Positions 33,973 through 47,673 of a stretch of DNA of 64,000 bases are shown piece by piece. The position numbers and the translations under genes are program-made. How positions within the stretch are numbered: the stretch's first letter is position 1; the number at the start of each line of letters is the position of its first letter. The notes under the pieces were generated by a model that saw only the letters and a program-made list of their open reading frames with translations, was not told where the DNA came from and did not search any database. Where the stretch lies: positions 209,506-273,505 of the forward strand of contig NW_008246115.1 in assembly GCF_000281045.1 (NCBI RefSeq). The letters run 5' to 3'. This DNA comes from Saprolegnia diclina VS20 (taxonomy: Eukaryota).

Positions 33973-35949
33973 TCAGGCGTCGGCGCGCGCCCGCTTGAGG
34001 CTCCACGCCTGCGCGGCCTGGAGGAGCTTGAGGTTGGACTGCGCCTTCTCGTCGTCCGGGAAGAGGTAGTCCGTGTACTCTTCGAGGCCGAGTTCCGAGC
34101 CGTCGTCAGCGTACGCCATGCGCTGCTTCTGCACGCGGCGCGGCATCTTCTTCCGGACCGCTTGGGCGCTGGTGGTCGTGCCGCTTGCGTCTTCCATCTG
34201 CAGCCACGATTCGAGGAGCGTCACGCGCTCCTCGTTCTTCTCGTCTTCCTTGAGGTTGTTGTATGCGCGCGTGAAGACGTCCCGTGCCATCTCCACGTCT
34301 TGCGTCGCCTCAAACTGAGCAAACGCGATCCAGACCTTGACGTGCTTGGTGCGTTCGAGGAGGCGTTCGTAGAGCTCGCGCGTCTTGTCCCACTCGCTCA
34401 GCTCCGTCTCGAAGTCGATGAAAGCCTTCCAGATCATCTCGGGCTTGTCCAGCAGACTCTGGTTGACGGCGAGCTCGTAGATCGCGCGGGCGCGGGTGGT
34501 TTCGCCGACCGTCTTCTCCATGTCGGCAAATGCCTTCCACGCTGCGCAGTTGTGGGGTGCAAAGAGCAGCCACTTTTCGTACAAGGTGCGGCACCGGTCG
34601 ACCTCGCCCATCATCCACTCGAGGCCAATGTAGCTCCGGTAGAGCTTGGGCGTCGGGCACCGACCGAGGGCTTCGCCGAGGACACGGCGGCAGCTGCTCA
34701 CGTCGCGCTGGCGGAGGTAAAACTTGGCAAAGAGCACCCACATCTTGGAGAAGGTAAAGGTCGCATGCGGCAGCAGCGCGATGCACTGCTCGTACACTTG
34801 GCGCGCCTCGTCCTTCGAGTCGGCGACGAGCTCCATGTAGACAGCGTACTTGATCCAGAGAAAGATATAGCGCCGCCAGTAGACCTTCTCGGCAATCGGC
34901 GGGACGTTGGCGATCGCCCGCTCGTACACCTCGCGCACGGTACCTTCGGTGCCTTCGTTCTCTTCGAGCGTCGCGTACTCGAACCACGCGTCATAGTCGA
35001 GCGGGTTGGCCGCGATCTGCGTCTCGTAATGCACGCGGCGCTTGGCGACGACGACGTCGTCGATGCGCTTGCGGTCGCCGTGCTGCTTCTCAAAGCTGAT
35101 GAACGCATTGTAGAGCCCGACGGCCTCGTCTTTCGGGAGCTTGTCGAGCGCGTACTTGAAGATCGCGCGGGCGCGCTCCATCTCCTTGCAGCGCTCTTCA
35201 AAGGCGGCAAAGGCGATGTAGACCTTCTCGGAGCGCTCGTCGTCGCGGAGCTCGACAAGCGCGCGCTCGTAAATGGCGCGGGCGCGGGCGAGGTCCTTGC
35301 CTTTCTCTTCCCACATGGCAAATTTGAGGTACGCGCGCTCGGCGATGTGGCACATGAGGTAGCGCTCGTAGATGGCGCGGGCGCGCGCGCGCTCGTTCGC
35401 ACGCGTTTCGAGCTTGATGTAGCTGTACCAGGCCTGGTCGTCCGGCATCCACTCCATCCAGCGCTCAAAGATCGCGCGGGCCGCGTCCAAATTGCCAATC
35501 ATCTCTTCCATGAACGCATACTTGTACCAGAACTGGGCCACGCGCGGATGCAAGGTCACGGCGCGGTCCCAGATGTTGCGCGCGTGGTTCACAAACTTGT
35601 TCTTCATCTCCATCTCGGCGTACTTGAGCCAGAGCGAGTGGTTCTTGTAGTCGACGTCCAGCGCGCGCTCGTAGATCGACCGTGCCCGCTCAAACTCGCG
35701 CTGCGACTCTTCCCACTGCGCGTACTTGATCCAGTTGCCCATGTGCTCGCGCTGGCGGCGAATCGTGTCTTCAAACGTCTTGCGCTTGCTCATGCGGTAC
35801 TCATCGAGCTCCTCGTCGTCCTCGATCTTCCGCCGGCCGATCCGACCGGGCGCCTCCTTGCGCTCTTGGGCCTCGCGCAGGATCTGCTCGGCCGTGATCT
35901 GGATCGGCGCCGGCGCGCGGTTCTTGACGACGCTCTTCTTCCCGCTCAT
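33973..35949 (-). CDS. CRNKL1: Crooked-neck-like pre-mRNA splicing factor (Clf1/Syf3), intronless
   Basis: [20 protein letters not shown], many HAT repeats ([19 protein letters not shown]), [13 protein letters not shown] and [18 protein letters not shown]. Confidence 0.97.
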   Translation of the reverse strand: MSGKKSVVKNRAPAPIQITAEQILREAQERKEAPGRIGRRKIEDDEELDEYRMSKRKTFEDTIRRQREHMGNWIKYAQWEESQREFERARSIYERALDVDYKNHSLWLKYAEMEMKNKFVNHARNIWDRAVTLHPRVAQFWYKYAFMEEMIGNLDAARAIFERWMEWMPDDQAWYSYIKLETRANERARARAIYERYLMCHIAERAYLKFAMWEEKGKDLARARAIYERALVELRDDERSEKVYIAFAAFEERCKEMERARAIFKYALDKLPKDEAVGLYNAFISFEKQHGDRKRIDDVVVAKRRVHYETQIAANPLDYDAWFEYATLEENEGTEGTVREVYERAIANVPPIAEKVYWRRYIFLWIKYAVYMELVADSKDEARQVYEQCIALLPHATFTFSKMWVLFAKFYLRQRDVSSCRRVLGEALGRCPTPKLYRSYIGLEWMMGEVDRCRTLYEKWLLFAPHNCAAWKAFADMEKTVGETTRARAIYELAVNQSLLDKPEMIWKAFIDFETELSEWDKTRELYERLLERTKHVKVWIAFAQFEATQDVEMARDVFTRAYNNLKEDEKNEERVTLLESWLQMEDASGTTTSAQAVRKKMPRRVQKQRMAYADDGSELGLEEYTDYLFPDDEKAQSNLKLLQAAQAWSLKRARADA

Positions 35950-36165
35950 GCTGCTAGCGACCACTCCCGGGTCCGCACAAAAGTCCGCTGCGAGCTATTT
36001 TATTATTATTATAACCTAATACGTTAAACCGTATTCAACGCGTTTAACCCAATCGAGCTACTGGCACGCCACTTTACGGATACTGTACCGGATAATCGGG
36101 ATTGCCACCTCGCGTTCCACACATGTGTGTTTTCACCCTATTTCCCACACGACAGAATTTATCGC

Positions 36166-36194
36166 GTGAAGAACGTGAAGAACGTGAAGAACGT
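36166..36194. repeat. Short tandem repeat (gtgaagaac) x3
   Basis: gtgaagaacgtgaagaacgtgaagaacgt is visible directly. Confidence 0.85.
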
Positions 36195-37660
36195 CGTGTA
36201 CGTGGCCTGTCCGCTGGTGTGAGCTGCGGTGCATGATAATTTGGCTCCTTTTGGCGCCCAGTACCCACGATCCGAGCACGGCCGCTGTCAATGGCGTGTC
36301 ATAAAGCCTCGGTGGGACCATACAGTGTACTGCGTAACACTGTATCCACAACGCCGCCATACAGATTGGCAATGATTCCTCGAGGCAAACGATGTCGACC
36401 AAGCGCTTGGGAAGCTGCGTGTCCATGCACATACGCCGTTGGCACCTGCCTGCAGCTCCTGCAGTTGCGGCGCACTCTGTCACTTTGCGAACGAGCCTGA
36501 TTCGGTCCGTCCTTGCACTATATATTGTGCTGGGTACGGCTAAAGCATGCTATAGATGGAGGGCCTTCGCCTTGCACTTGAGCACTCCGTTGGCGTCTTG
36601 CAGTTTGCCAACGCGACGGGAAAGCAATGACCAGCCTAATATACCGAGTGGTGGCGACGAGCGCGCGAAAAATCGAGCCAACTGGTCAGCGTACGGTGTA
36701 GGTTCCGCCGTTGAGACAGGATGCGGCAATTGCCAAAGATCGGCAACTGCGTCAGCGTCACACGCCGCCACGCGCCGTCAAGCGCAACCTCGGCGACGCT
36801 GTTGGCAACGCCGGTTCTCTCTGAGGCGTTCGAGCTACTCGGAGAAGCGACAACCATCGGTCGACCTCGTGCTTTTGCGGCAGCTACTTTCGAACGCACT
36901 GATGGGAGAGTTCCGGATACCGTGATGGGATGCCGGATACGAAAAAGGCCAGAAGGGCTGGGCCAATCACCGTCGCTGCCGGGAAATAGTTTGCTGAATC
37001 GCGACCCAAAACATTGAAGTGCCCACCGATCATTTTCACTTGGATTTCACACGTGGGAAATGCTTGAGCCTATTTAAATTCGGCATTCCAGGCTGCCACG
37101 TTCGCGCCGTGCGCCTTCAACAAAGACAGCAGAGCCTCGACAACGGCGAGTCCTCTTGGCGATTACTGTGCGTGATGGACCATTACATGTGTACGACGCG
37201 GTGGCCCCGCACGGCGCTGCCCATCAATGACAACCCTATCATTTCTGAGGTGCCGAAACAAACGTGCCATCGTTCAAGGTTGCCGCACGTGGTTGAATGA
37301 CGTTGCTCGATGATGGATGTGACTAGTACGAGTCAGGACCGTATGTGGCATGACAAGGCTGCACGGGTGCTAGGCGCAAGCGCCGCCTCTCGGTCTTTCT
37401 CTTCCGTTGTATAAATGAGCCCGCGAGTGGACCATGTCTGCGCAAAAACCAGGTCCGCTCGCTGCCGCGACATGGCGCCCAACCACGGTCGCATCGAGCG
37501 GCCGTCGCGCCCAGCAACCGGCAAAAGCTCAACTCACGCAGTTTGTGGTCGCTGTTGTTGTTGACGTGTGCGGTATTTGCGGCATGTGCCACCTCCATTT
37601 GGATTTCCCACCGTTTCCCACGCGTGAACGACTGGATAAAAAAACACGGTGCTTCGTTTC

Positions 37661-40600
37661 ATGGTGGATTGCGAGCAGCTGGCCAATTCCGCTTATCGAC
37701 AGGAAGAGGCGAAGATCAACAGCAGCATGTACGGCCAGTTCTCGGCCCATCGGTCGTACAGCCTCGCGCCGGCCAAGGCCGTCCTCACGGACGCGCCGAC
37801 GAAGGCCAAGGACCCGCTAAGCACGAGCAAGAAGCCGCCACCGTCCAAGGAGAAGAAGCGCGCGACGACCATCGACTACGAGATGACAGTGGGCGACGAC
37901 GTCGCGCAGGCGTACCACGACGCATCCATCGCCATGGAGCTACCCCAGCCGTACGTCATGGAGCTCAACAAGAACTTTGTCGTCGTCGAAAACTGTGCCC
38001 AGCTCACGACGCTCCTCAGCGCGGCGCCGATCCGCGCCCAACCGCTGGGGTACTATCGCACGTCCGACGGCTTTGACATGTACGTCGCTGCCCAGCCTAC
38101 ATACTTCCTCATACTCACGTCATATGCTAGGTATGTATTCGAGTGCACCCTCGGCGCGACGCCCGTCGAGAAGCGAAGGTACGCTGCACCGATACGACCA
38201 TATGCGCTCATTCCGTCCTTGTAGCTGGAAGATCCATCGGCGGTACCGTCACTTTGACGCGTTCTTGGCGCAGCTCAACACCCTTGCGCCCTCGATGCGG
38301 TTTCCGTCCCTCTCGGGGTCGTACCTGCAGATGTTCCGCGCCAAGCAATGCGCCGACCGCCTCGTCGAGCTCCACGCCTGGCTCGAGAAGGTGTTTGGGC
38401 TTCTGCAAGCCGCGCAGGCCGCGCAGTCGCTGCCCGCGCCCTCCAAGGCCAACCCGCACGCCAAGCTCTTCGTCTTGCTCTGCAGCTTTCTCTTTGCGGG
38501 CGCCAACACCCCGTACATTTCGTCGACCGCACCAACACTGGCGCTCCCAGCCTTTGCATGGTCATACCAGCAAGTCACGATCCGGCTCACTCAAACGCCA
38601 TTGTATCCTTCCAAGGTCCGGTCGTCCATCGAGTCGGATGCCGGCCTCGGGCTCCGTCTCGCCCCGGCGCATCGCGCCAAGGAAGAGACGATCACGGTCT
38701 ATCGCGGCGCTCTCGTGCAAGCGTTTTTGCGGCACCAAGTCGACACAGACCTCCAGCATGTTCGTCTCGGGTCGCACCTCACTCATATCAACGGCGTCTC
38801 GGTCGAGGACGAGGAATTCACCTCGATTCTGTTCCAACTGCGCTCGATGGCGCGGCCGATGCAGCTCACCTTTCGCTTTGACCCGCGCCCGCACCACTTT
38901 GAAGACGAGATGCCGGAGCGCGACCGGCTCTCGAGCATCGCGACGAGCGACCGCGCCAACTCGGTGTACATGGCCGGGGGGTCCGTGGACGTGACCGAGC
39001 CGCAGACACCGATGCGCGTCTTTGAGTCGGTCTTCTCGGACACCTTTGGCCGCAAGCGGACAGATACAGTCCAGCTCCCTGATGACGTCAACGAGGAGGT
39101 TGAGAGCAACCAAGATGACGTGATCGAGTCCTGGGACGACGTCGGTGGCTTTGTCATGGACACGATCTCGCACGGGTACTTTTTCGCCAAGCTCCACGGC
39201 GCGCCCGCCAAGGCCAAGCCGACAGGTACACGTCGTCGCCACGAGTGTGGACAAGTTGTCTCATCTTGGAATAGACACGGCCTTCGCCACCGGCATCTGG
39301 AGCACGGCCGCCGGGCCGATGAGCGTTCAGTTTACCGGGTGCCGACTGCGCGGGAAGGACGCCGTGTACCTCTCGGCCACGCCCATGGTACGTGCTTCGC
39401 GCGTGTGGTCGTGTCTCATCATTCTGATTTTCTTATAGCTGTTTAATGCGCCCGAGCCAAAGAACCCGTACGATCTGGCGCACTAGCCGAGCTCATGCTC
39501 TCGACATGTAGGCAACGCAAGCAAGAGCGCCGTCTCGAGCGCGGCATGGTGCTCACGGCCGTCAACAAGGAGTCGACGTTTGGTCGGTCGTTCAAGGACG
39601 TTGTCAAGCTCCTCGAGACCGCGTCGCAGCCGACAGCGTTGACCTTCCGCTGGTTTACCGGTACGAAATCGCAAACCTGAGTTGCAGGTTTCTCATATCG
39701 TGACTGGATAGAATACAGTCTCTTTCTCGGGCCCAACTTGGATGCGGTGGACCAAACGCTCATCAACCGCCACATTCGCGACGACCCGACGCCAACGCCG
39801 ACAGAGCTCAACTCGCTCCTCGAAGCGCAGGTGCGTCCACTTGATAGATCGATACCTCGATAGTTAGCGAATGTTGTGTAGGCCAAGATGTTTCGTAGCC
39901 TCCAGACCGCGCTCAATGAGAACGCGTCGCTGCGCAAGGACATGCAGGTCATCCAAGAGTCCAACCGGCTCGTGCGCGAAGACCACGCGTCCGCGCTCAG
40001 CGCCTACAAGGGCCTCTTGCGTGCGAACGAGCGGCTCGTCGAGCGCTGCCAAGCGCTACAGTACGCGCTCGAAGACGTGCATGTGGACGTGCAGCAGACT
40101 GCGAAAGAGCGCCGTGCCGCCGAAGCTGCGGCGGCGACCGCGGCCGCGACGCTGAGCTCGCACTTGGAGAAGGCGCGCGTCGACTCGGTCCACTACCTCA
40201 AGGCCCACGAAGCGCGGTGCCTCGCCGAGTGCAACAAGTCGATCGAGGTCGCCAAGCGCGTGGCCGAGGCCAAGACGAAAAAGCAGGTGGACGACGCAGT
40301 GGCGGCGCTCCGAGCGCAAACGAACGCCGCGATGCAGCGCCTCGTCGAGGAAAACGCCGACGAAATCGAGTTTCTCAACCAGCAGCTCGCGCTCTGGAAG
40401 CACCAAGTCGAGGTGCTCACCGAGTCGGACCGCCGCGAGCACGCCTCGTCCTCCAAGCAATCAAAGACCCTCGAGGTACTCACGACGATATGATGTGCAC
40501 ACAAATGACACTGGCATCGTGTAGATCCCCGAAGACGCATTGTTGCGGGAGATGGAGCAGCTGCACGCCCAAGACCGCCGCGCAGGGTCGCGCGTCCGGT

Positions 40601-40737
40601 CGGCCTCGAATGCCGGTCCAAGTACCACCACCACCAACAGCAATAGCTCGACCAGTAAGGGCGGCAACAGTGCCAGTGCGGCAGTGCCCAAGCCCTCGGT
40701 GTGGGACCGTGTTCTCGACTCGATGATCGGCGACTGA
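37661..40737 (+). CDS. PX-domain + two PDZ-like domains + coiled-coil protein, multi-exon
   Basis: PX motif WKIHRRYRHFDAF..FPSL. PDZ motifs GLGLRL..GSHLTHINGVSV..F..IL..LR..RPMQLTF and GMVLTAVN..SFKDVVKLL..PTALTF. Long coiled coil at 39888-40490. Confidence 0.78.
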
Positions 40738-41873
40738 GTTTTTTGATTTATTCAGTTATCTAATATACCAACTGTCATTTGGTTTGGTGTCGTTTGGCGC
40801 CTTGAAGGTATCGTGGTCGACGTCGCCCATGGCGGAGGTCGAGGAAGCGGAGCATGGCGCTTTGTGTCACTCCAACGATCGCGTCCGCAGGCACTGGAGC
40901 GGCAAACTCGAGGACCATGTTGGTCGATCCTCTTGCCGGCTTTGCGCTTATGACGAGCTAGTACATCGTGTGTCATGAACAGGGCAAGGCGGGTGTGGGT
41001 CGAGACGCTCAAGTGACCGTTGCCCGAGCTGCCAGGGATTCAGAAGGCGGTGACGTGGCATACCGAGGCGTTCTCAAGAATTTACGCTCGTTTGATTGGC
41101 TAAAATAATCCAAACTCAGCCAATCATGCAGCAGTACAGCGTCCAGAATTCTCTCCCGGTCGGTCCTCGCCGCGTCTGTCAACTGCTCAACCAAAGCGCC
41201 AAGCTTGTATTCAAGAAGCGATCTGAGGCACCGTCGAGCACGTCAACGTCTTTTGCAGCCCGCGAGGATGCGGAATCAAGTCCGACACCACTCGGCACCA
41301 CCCTTGGTGCAAGGTGACCCCGCAAGAGTTCTGCCTCGTTACCCACAGGAGCAAGGCTCGTCGCGAAACCAACTCGTCGAAACATTGAGTGCGTACAACG
41401 ATGCAGCTCGCGCGTCTTGGAGCCAGTGCCCCTGAGGCCACACCACGTTAAGTACCGCCGTTGAAAGAGGTCGAGCTACGACTAAAGCGGTGACAGATGT
41501 GCTTGTACGACGTCTTATGAAGGATGCTACAGGTTATCGTCGATGATCGATTCGGGAGCGCAAGGTAGTCATTGACGCAGAGCTATTGAACGCGTTGAGT
41601 AGGATAGAGCTGGTACAACCACTCGTTGAGCTAGAGGCTCCGCCGGGCCACCGTTTTGCTTCCATTGATGTCAGTCGATTGTAGTCCGGTCTTGTCAAGC
41701 GCGCTTGGACGCTCAATCATTTGCCTATCGCGCTTGGAATGCTTGGAATGGGTCGACTTCCGATGTGAAGGCGGCGGCTTTGTGAGGCACTCCATCGCGA
41801 GAGTCTCTGTCGAGTGATGACTAAGTGCCAAGCGTGCAAGGAAATTTGGTTGAGTTTGGCGTGTAACGGCGAA

Positions 41874-43532
41874 ATGGGCTGGCTGCTGCACGCGATCCTT
41901 GGCGTCGCACATGTCGTGCTGGCGCACCGCAGCACCGTGTACTACCGCGACAGCACCGACACGCACCTCGTGGCGCGCGATATCAACCAAGTTAGCGTCG
42001 TCATCGGTGACGACCCAAGCTGGACAAAGCTACTGGGCTTTACGGTGCACGAAGCCGGCGCCAGGTGCGACAGTCTACAGCACATTGTGCACCTAAGAGC
42101 TAGTGCGCAGACTTTACTGGTCGGACGGCAATGCAATCTGGCGGGCCAACCTCGACGGCAGCGACCGCCACGTACGAGCTTCGTCCTCCTGCGCACTCGC
42201 ATTTCCGTATAGATATACGTCGGCGCCATGGTGCAGGTGACGTGGACAGGCGCCAACTTTGGAGTTGGCCCGGACGACGTCGCACTGCGAGTGGAAGGCG
42301 TGCCGTGCGTCCGCATCACGGCGTGGTCGCGCACCCAAGTGACCTGCGTCATGGCGCGGCCGGTGCGGACACTCGCGTCGACAACGAGCCTCGAGCCGAG
42401 TGCTATGACGATGACCACGTCCGCGGGCACGACCACTGGTGCGTTCATACGTACCACAGCACGACGTCAATATGTCGCTGCTTAGGCGTTCAGGCCAACT
42501 TCGACAGCCTCGTCTTGTCCGAGGGCCTCGCCATGCCCCTCGTGCGCTCGATTGCAACGCGCGTGACGCATCTCAACCCACACACGCTGGCCATCGACCA
42601 GTACGATCCAAACGCCCGCTGGCTCGTCTTCTCGGACGACGCCAACGGCCGTGTCTACCGCGTTGACGTCACTTCGTACGCCATGCACGAGCTGCTAGCG
42701 ACGGTACGACAGTGGTCTCCGATCACCTCCGAGTACGACTGACAACTGCGCAGGTGTGGGCGGTGCATGGCCTTGCTGTCGTGGGCATGTCCGTATACAT
42801 TGCCGCCGAAGCCAACGGGACCATTTCGCGGCTCGACACGACGTCGGGCGCCGTGACGCCGATCGTCTCGGGGCTGGCGTCGCCGCGTGGGCTCTGTCTC
42901 GACGCCGCCAACGTAGTACTACGTCGTCCAACACCACGAACCAATCCGATGCAACTAGACGACGTTGTATGTGGCCGCGAAAGGCGGCACGATATGGGCC
43001 GTCGCCAGCAGTGGGATGCCAGTCTATGGCCCGTCACGCGCGACGCCGCCGGCCGTCGCGCGGCGCCTCGTGGCCGTGAGCTCGCTCGCGCGCCTCAATG
43101 GCATCGCGCTAGGCCCCGATGGGTGCGGTGGAATGGACACACTCAGATGACTCTACAATGCGCGACGGTAGGCGCCTCTACTGGAGCGAGGCCAACACCA
43201 ACGTTGTCGCGCGGACGTCGCTCACGCGGCTGCGACGCGAAGTGCTTCTCGGTGGGTCGCCGCAGTCGGTGCTCAGGTATGCATGACGCCGAGCGCGCGT
43301 GATAACGCTGGAATATTGCGTTAGCTGGCCCCGCCATGTGCACGTTCTGGCCTCTGGCGCCGGCGTGTACTGTACGGAATACGCCGGTCGCATCGGCCTG
43401 CTGGCGCTGCCAAGCGGCACGCTCACCACCGTCGTCGACGCCGCCATCGCGACAACTTCGATAGGGCAACTCGACGGCGCCATCGCAGCCCGTCCACCGT
43501 CGGCGCCGCTGCCGTTCTATGCGCTCGAGTAA
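41874..43532 (+). CDS. Predicted secreted protein: IPT/TIG domain + YWTD/NHL-like beta-propeller, multi-exon
   Basis: Signal-like MGWLLHAILGVAHVVLA. TIG motif VTWTGANFG..VALRVEGVPC..WSRTQVTC. Propeller units HLNPHTLAID, GLASPRGLCLD, LNGIALG..RLYWSE and SWPRHVHV. Confidence 0.65.
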
Positions 43533-44514
43533 CCGCTGCTGACCGACTGCCCGCCTGTCTGCCAAGATCGCCGAAGTCTGATATGGCCGCCGTGTAGTTC
43601 CCAGCACCGTCCCAATTTCCCGAAAATTGACCATCATTCCATATTGCACCGAAATACTGTATGTTGGTGGTCGATGGTGTGTCCTTCTTGCCCAAATGCA
43701 TTCGCTGCCGCAGGGCCAACGACAAGGAGGGCACTGCCTCCATCATTGTAGCACTCAATGGGATTACGATCGCGCTCAGCACGCAGTCCCATTGATGGGG
43801 AAACGGCAACTTTAATCAATTTAACACTATTAACGTAGCACTACGCTCACCGTTCCTGGCAAGCCGCTGACATACTAGTATAAACGTTGCTGGAGGCGGC
43901 CATGTACGATCTCTGCGACGCCTCCGAAGCGCTTTCGAGGCCTTTTCACGGTATTTACGCACGCGTGGTACCAGCGTGTGCAGGCTCGAAGGGCTATCGC
44001 AAGATTTGAGCTGCAGCGTACGGCCTAGAGAGACGCTTTGGAGAATTTGGCGGCTGCACTCGACCATCGGAGGCCGCAACGTCCAGTTCTAGAATACATG
44101 AAATAGTGTATCACTTGCAGGCCGTTCCCCTCACACTATTGCCAAGCGGTATTTCCTCATACAAATACTCATAGTACTTTTGCACACGATTTCATGGTGG
44201 CACGAGTGGTAAATAGACTGAGATATACTATTTGCATGCGATGGGGAAACGCCGGCTTTTTGACCAATCATAATCCTCGATTGGGATATGTCTGGTCGGT
44301 AGGGGTCGGGGTGTGAAATACCTTGGTGTTTGTATGGTGGTGCGATTGGCGGGTGAGGCACAAAAGCGCTCAGTTTCGAATTTGATTTCGTAATCACAAG
44401 CGCGTCGCTGGCTTAGTAATCACGCGCCGACCTCCTTGCCGTAATCTCAACGCGGTACGCTCTCGGCGTCATCATCTCAATGGCTCACGATCTCTGTAGA
44501 AGTAGACGTACGAC

Positions 44515-46117
44515 ATGGACCCTTACCACAACTACGGCCACCCGAACCAGGGCCCGCCCGGCCACCCGGGCATGAACAACGGCGCCGGCCACCCAGGCAT
44601 GCCTGGCGCGGGCGGCCGCCCCATGGGCATGGGCTTGCCCGCGCTCAGCCAGTCGGGCATGCCGATGATGGCCGACCTTGGCATGGGCTTTGATGGCTCG
44701 AGCTACATGCAGCACGGCGGCTACATGGGCCAGGGCATGCCGTCGATGGTGCCGCCGCCGATGAACGTTGCACTCACGCCAGTCTCAACGACGTCAAGCC
44801 AGTCGCCGATGCCGGCCGCAACTGGTGGCGCCAAGGCCAAGAAGGCACCGGCCTCCAAGAAGCGCAAGGCGCCGCCGAGCGACACGCAGTCAAACCCAGA
44901 CGCGCCCGACAGCCCATCGTCGGCGACCGGCACGGGCACGGCCGCTGACACGGAGGAGCAGCGCAAGGCGCGCCGCCGCGAGCAGATTGCCAAGGCTGCG
45001 CGCAAGCATCGGCAGCGTCAGAAGGACGAGCTCGTTGCACTTCGCGAGAAGGTGAAGGACCTGAAAGAGCAAATTGAAGTGCTCCAGAGCTCCGAGCCGT
45101 CCGAACACGACACCGAGTCGGGCTGGAAGCAGGAGGCCGAGCAGCACGCCGAGATCCGCGCGCGTGTCGACCAAGAGAACGAGTTCCTGCGCAAGACGCT
45201 CATGGAGCAAATGAAGTTTATCCAGCGGCTCCAAGACTACTTTACCAAGCAGCCGCTCCTCAACGCGCCGTCGCTCAACAAGATGCTGACAACGACACCG
45301 TCGTCGGCGCCGCCGGCGCCCGCGCTCATGCCGCCGCCGTCGATGCCGTCGTCGTCGTTCTTTCAGCTGCCGACGGTCTCGTTCCGGGACTCGCTCCTCA
45401 AGGTCGCGGACGAAGCGATCAACGTGTGCATCGAGTCGGTGCAGTACGGCGAGCAGCTCTTCAAGCAGCCCAAGGTCGCCAATATGAGCTACCTCGGCGT
45501 CACGGTCCAGTACGAGATGAACAAGGACCACATCCACATCTTCCTTCGCCACGTGCTGCCGGGCGCCAACCACATGGCCGTGAGCGACCGCGTTTGGGAG
45601 CTCATGACGTGCAAGAACTTCAACCAGGACTTTGGCTTTACCGAGGCGTACGAAGTCCTCGACGCGATCGACAATGACACCAAGTACATTCGTGCGATTT
45701 TGAACCTGACGCTCCCGAGCCCGGACAAGAACGGCGCGACCAAGGTCAAGGCCGAGCGTCTCCACGCGGTGAAGCGCCGCGCGATGGCCAACTGCGTCTA
45801 CATTGCGTCGCGCAGCGTCCCCGACGACCCGAGCTGGCCGCAGACGCCGTCGTACATTCGCCGCCACCAAAACATTGGGTATGTATCAATGTATCGACTG
45901 CGACAATGACTGATGGCATGTGGTTAGCATCATGCTCCGCGACTGCGTCGAGGAAGGCCGGTCGGGCACCGAGGTCATGTGGTGCATCAAGGTGCATCTC
46001 GACCAGCACACGGACATGTCGGTGGCCGCCAACACGCCCGACACGATCCTGCGCAACCTCTTTGAGGTCACGCCGCCATTTTTCAAGGCCATTTTGGACC
46101 GCGTCCAGCAGTCGTAA
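44515..46117 (+). CDS. Atypical bZIP transcription factor with C-terminal START-like domain, 2 exons
   Basis: Met/Gly/Pro-rich N-terminus, basic region RKARRREQIAKAARKHRQRQK, zipper L..V..L..I..L, and START-like EVLDAIDNDTKY..YIASRSV.DD..P..YIR. Confidence 0.75.
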
Positions 46118-46746
46118 TTCTCGTACAACCACCACTTACTATTCCCTATTCCACACGAACGAGCACCATCTTACTTACACCTCTCAGTTCTTATCGCATC
46201 CCATCATTTTAGCCAGGGCTAGGTTCCGTAACGCACGTCTTCCAGCCCAACCTGCGGTGCGACACACCGCATGCAGTCGGATTCTTGTCGGCGTGTGGAG
46301 ATAAATGGTGGAAGCATCGATCGCCGGTGATTATCGCCCGAGGGCCGTGCGCATATCAACCTTGGTACGCGCGACATGGCAAGCGATCGCACAGGGTGAT
46401 TACGCTGTCTATGGGCGAGGAGGTTGCGACTCTGGCGACAGCATACTGGCAGCGTGCAGTAGCTGGCCTCGGCACGACGCCACTGGGTTGGTGGTGGAGA
46501 TTCCGACACGGTCGCCATCCCGCGCGGCTCACGCATCCGGAACCACGTTATATCTCCGCCGTCGCGTCGTGTTCGAATGCGGATGCAGCATAAACGAGCG
46601 CAAGTTGGCGTCAAGTCGCGGCCAATCTCGCCGCCGCGTCGATATCGAAGCGCGGGGGATGTGCCTCGCAATAACAACAGCTTCGACTTTGTCGGCTCAA
46701 TGGCCGATGGACCCACTTTGCCTTTTGCCTTGGGGCGATCACCAGC

Positions 46747-46995
46747 ATGACCCAGCCGCGCGTGCACCTCTTGTACTCGGACGACCGCGTCAAAGACCGC
46801 ACCGATAATGTCTTCAAGAGCATGATCCACCAGCTCGCGCAAGACGACGAGGACGACCACAATACCCAACTCCTCAAGCGCGCGCTCAAGTACCGCCAAA
46901 AGGAGATGCCGACAGGCGACGACACCAAGAAGGCCGAGGTCGCGGCTTGCTTTGGCGTCAAGTGGCACAAGGTGCCGAGCGACGACGACGAGTAG
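46747..46995 (+). CDS. Small hypothetical protein (82 aa), paralog A
   Basis: Typical codon bias. Aligns end to end with 47674-47928 (YSD..K.RTD.VF.SM..QL..DDHNT.LLK.AL.YR..EVA.CFGV.W.K). Confidence 0.8.
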   Translation: MTQPRVHLLYSDDRVKDRTDNVFKSMIHQLAQDDEDDHNTQLLKRALKYRQKEMPTGDDTKKAEVAACFGVKWHKVPSDDDE

Positions 46996-47673
46996 CGCGC
47001 GCCGCCGTGTTAATTTAATGCATAACAATACAGGCTGATCTTCTCGGCTGAGATTGCTGTATCTGCACGAATCGCTTCGAGCTTCGAAGCGGGCACCGAA
47101 GCATGCTTTGTTCCAGCACTGATTCTTGCCGGTCCAAAAGCCTGCCATCATACTCGATCTCTCACTCGCCGTAAAAAGTTACGTACGGTTATGCGATGGT
47201 TTCAAGTTGAAGCAAGTCGGTTTCGCCGCCATGACGTGGCAGCGCCATGGCGCAATGCGACCAACGCTGATTCGTATCGGTGGCCATTCGCGTGCGACTA
47301 TGTGTATGCCAAGAGGTCTGTGCAAGTGCACGCCATGCGCCTGTTTTTCGCAGCGACGAACGTTCTTCTCGTCGTTGCAGCGCCCTCGTGCTGGCTCCAC
47401 CCTGCCCACCACCGTCACGCTGCATTGCAGTTCGCTCGAGTCCATTTTGCATGTCGTGCAAGATGGTGCATGTACGAGATGCTATTCAAGTAGCTTTCAC
47501 AGCAGTGCCCAGCGCGTATCCCACTGCTTGCAGTGGTCATCCTCCCACGACGGCGACAATGTATGGACTTGAAGCCGCGGCATTGTACCGGTAGTGCGCT
47601 TGATTACTGCCCACCGAATTTTACTCCCCGACACATTCACGAATCATTTTTGAATTTGCGCCACAAGAAGAGC

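Noticed and set aside
33901..36027. 708-aa ORF on + strand
   Set aside because: Antisense shadow of CRNKL1, caused by GC3 codon bias.
38603..38612. GTATCCTT resembling a U12 intron donor
   Set aside because: Lies in an open coding frame with no matching U12 branch site, and no splice is needed.
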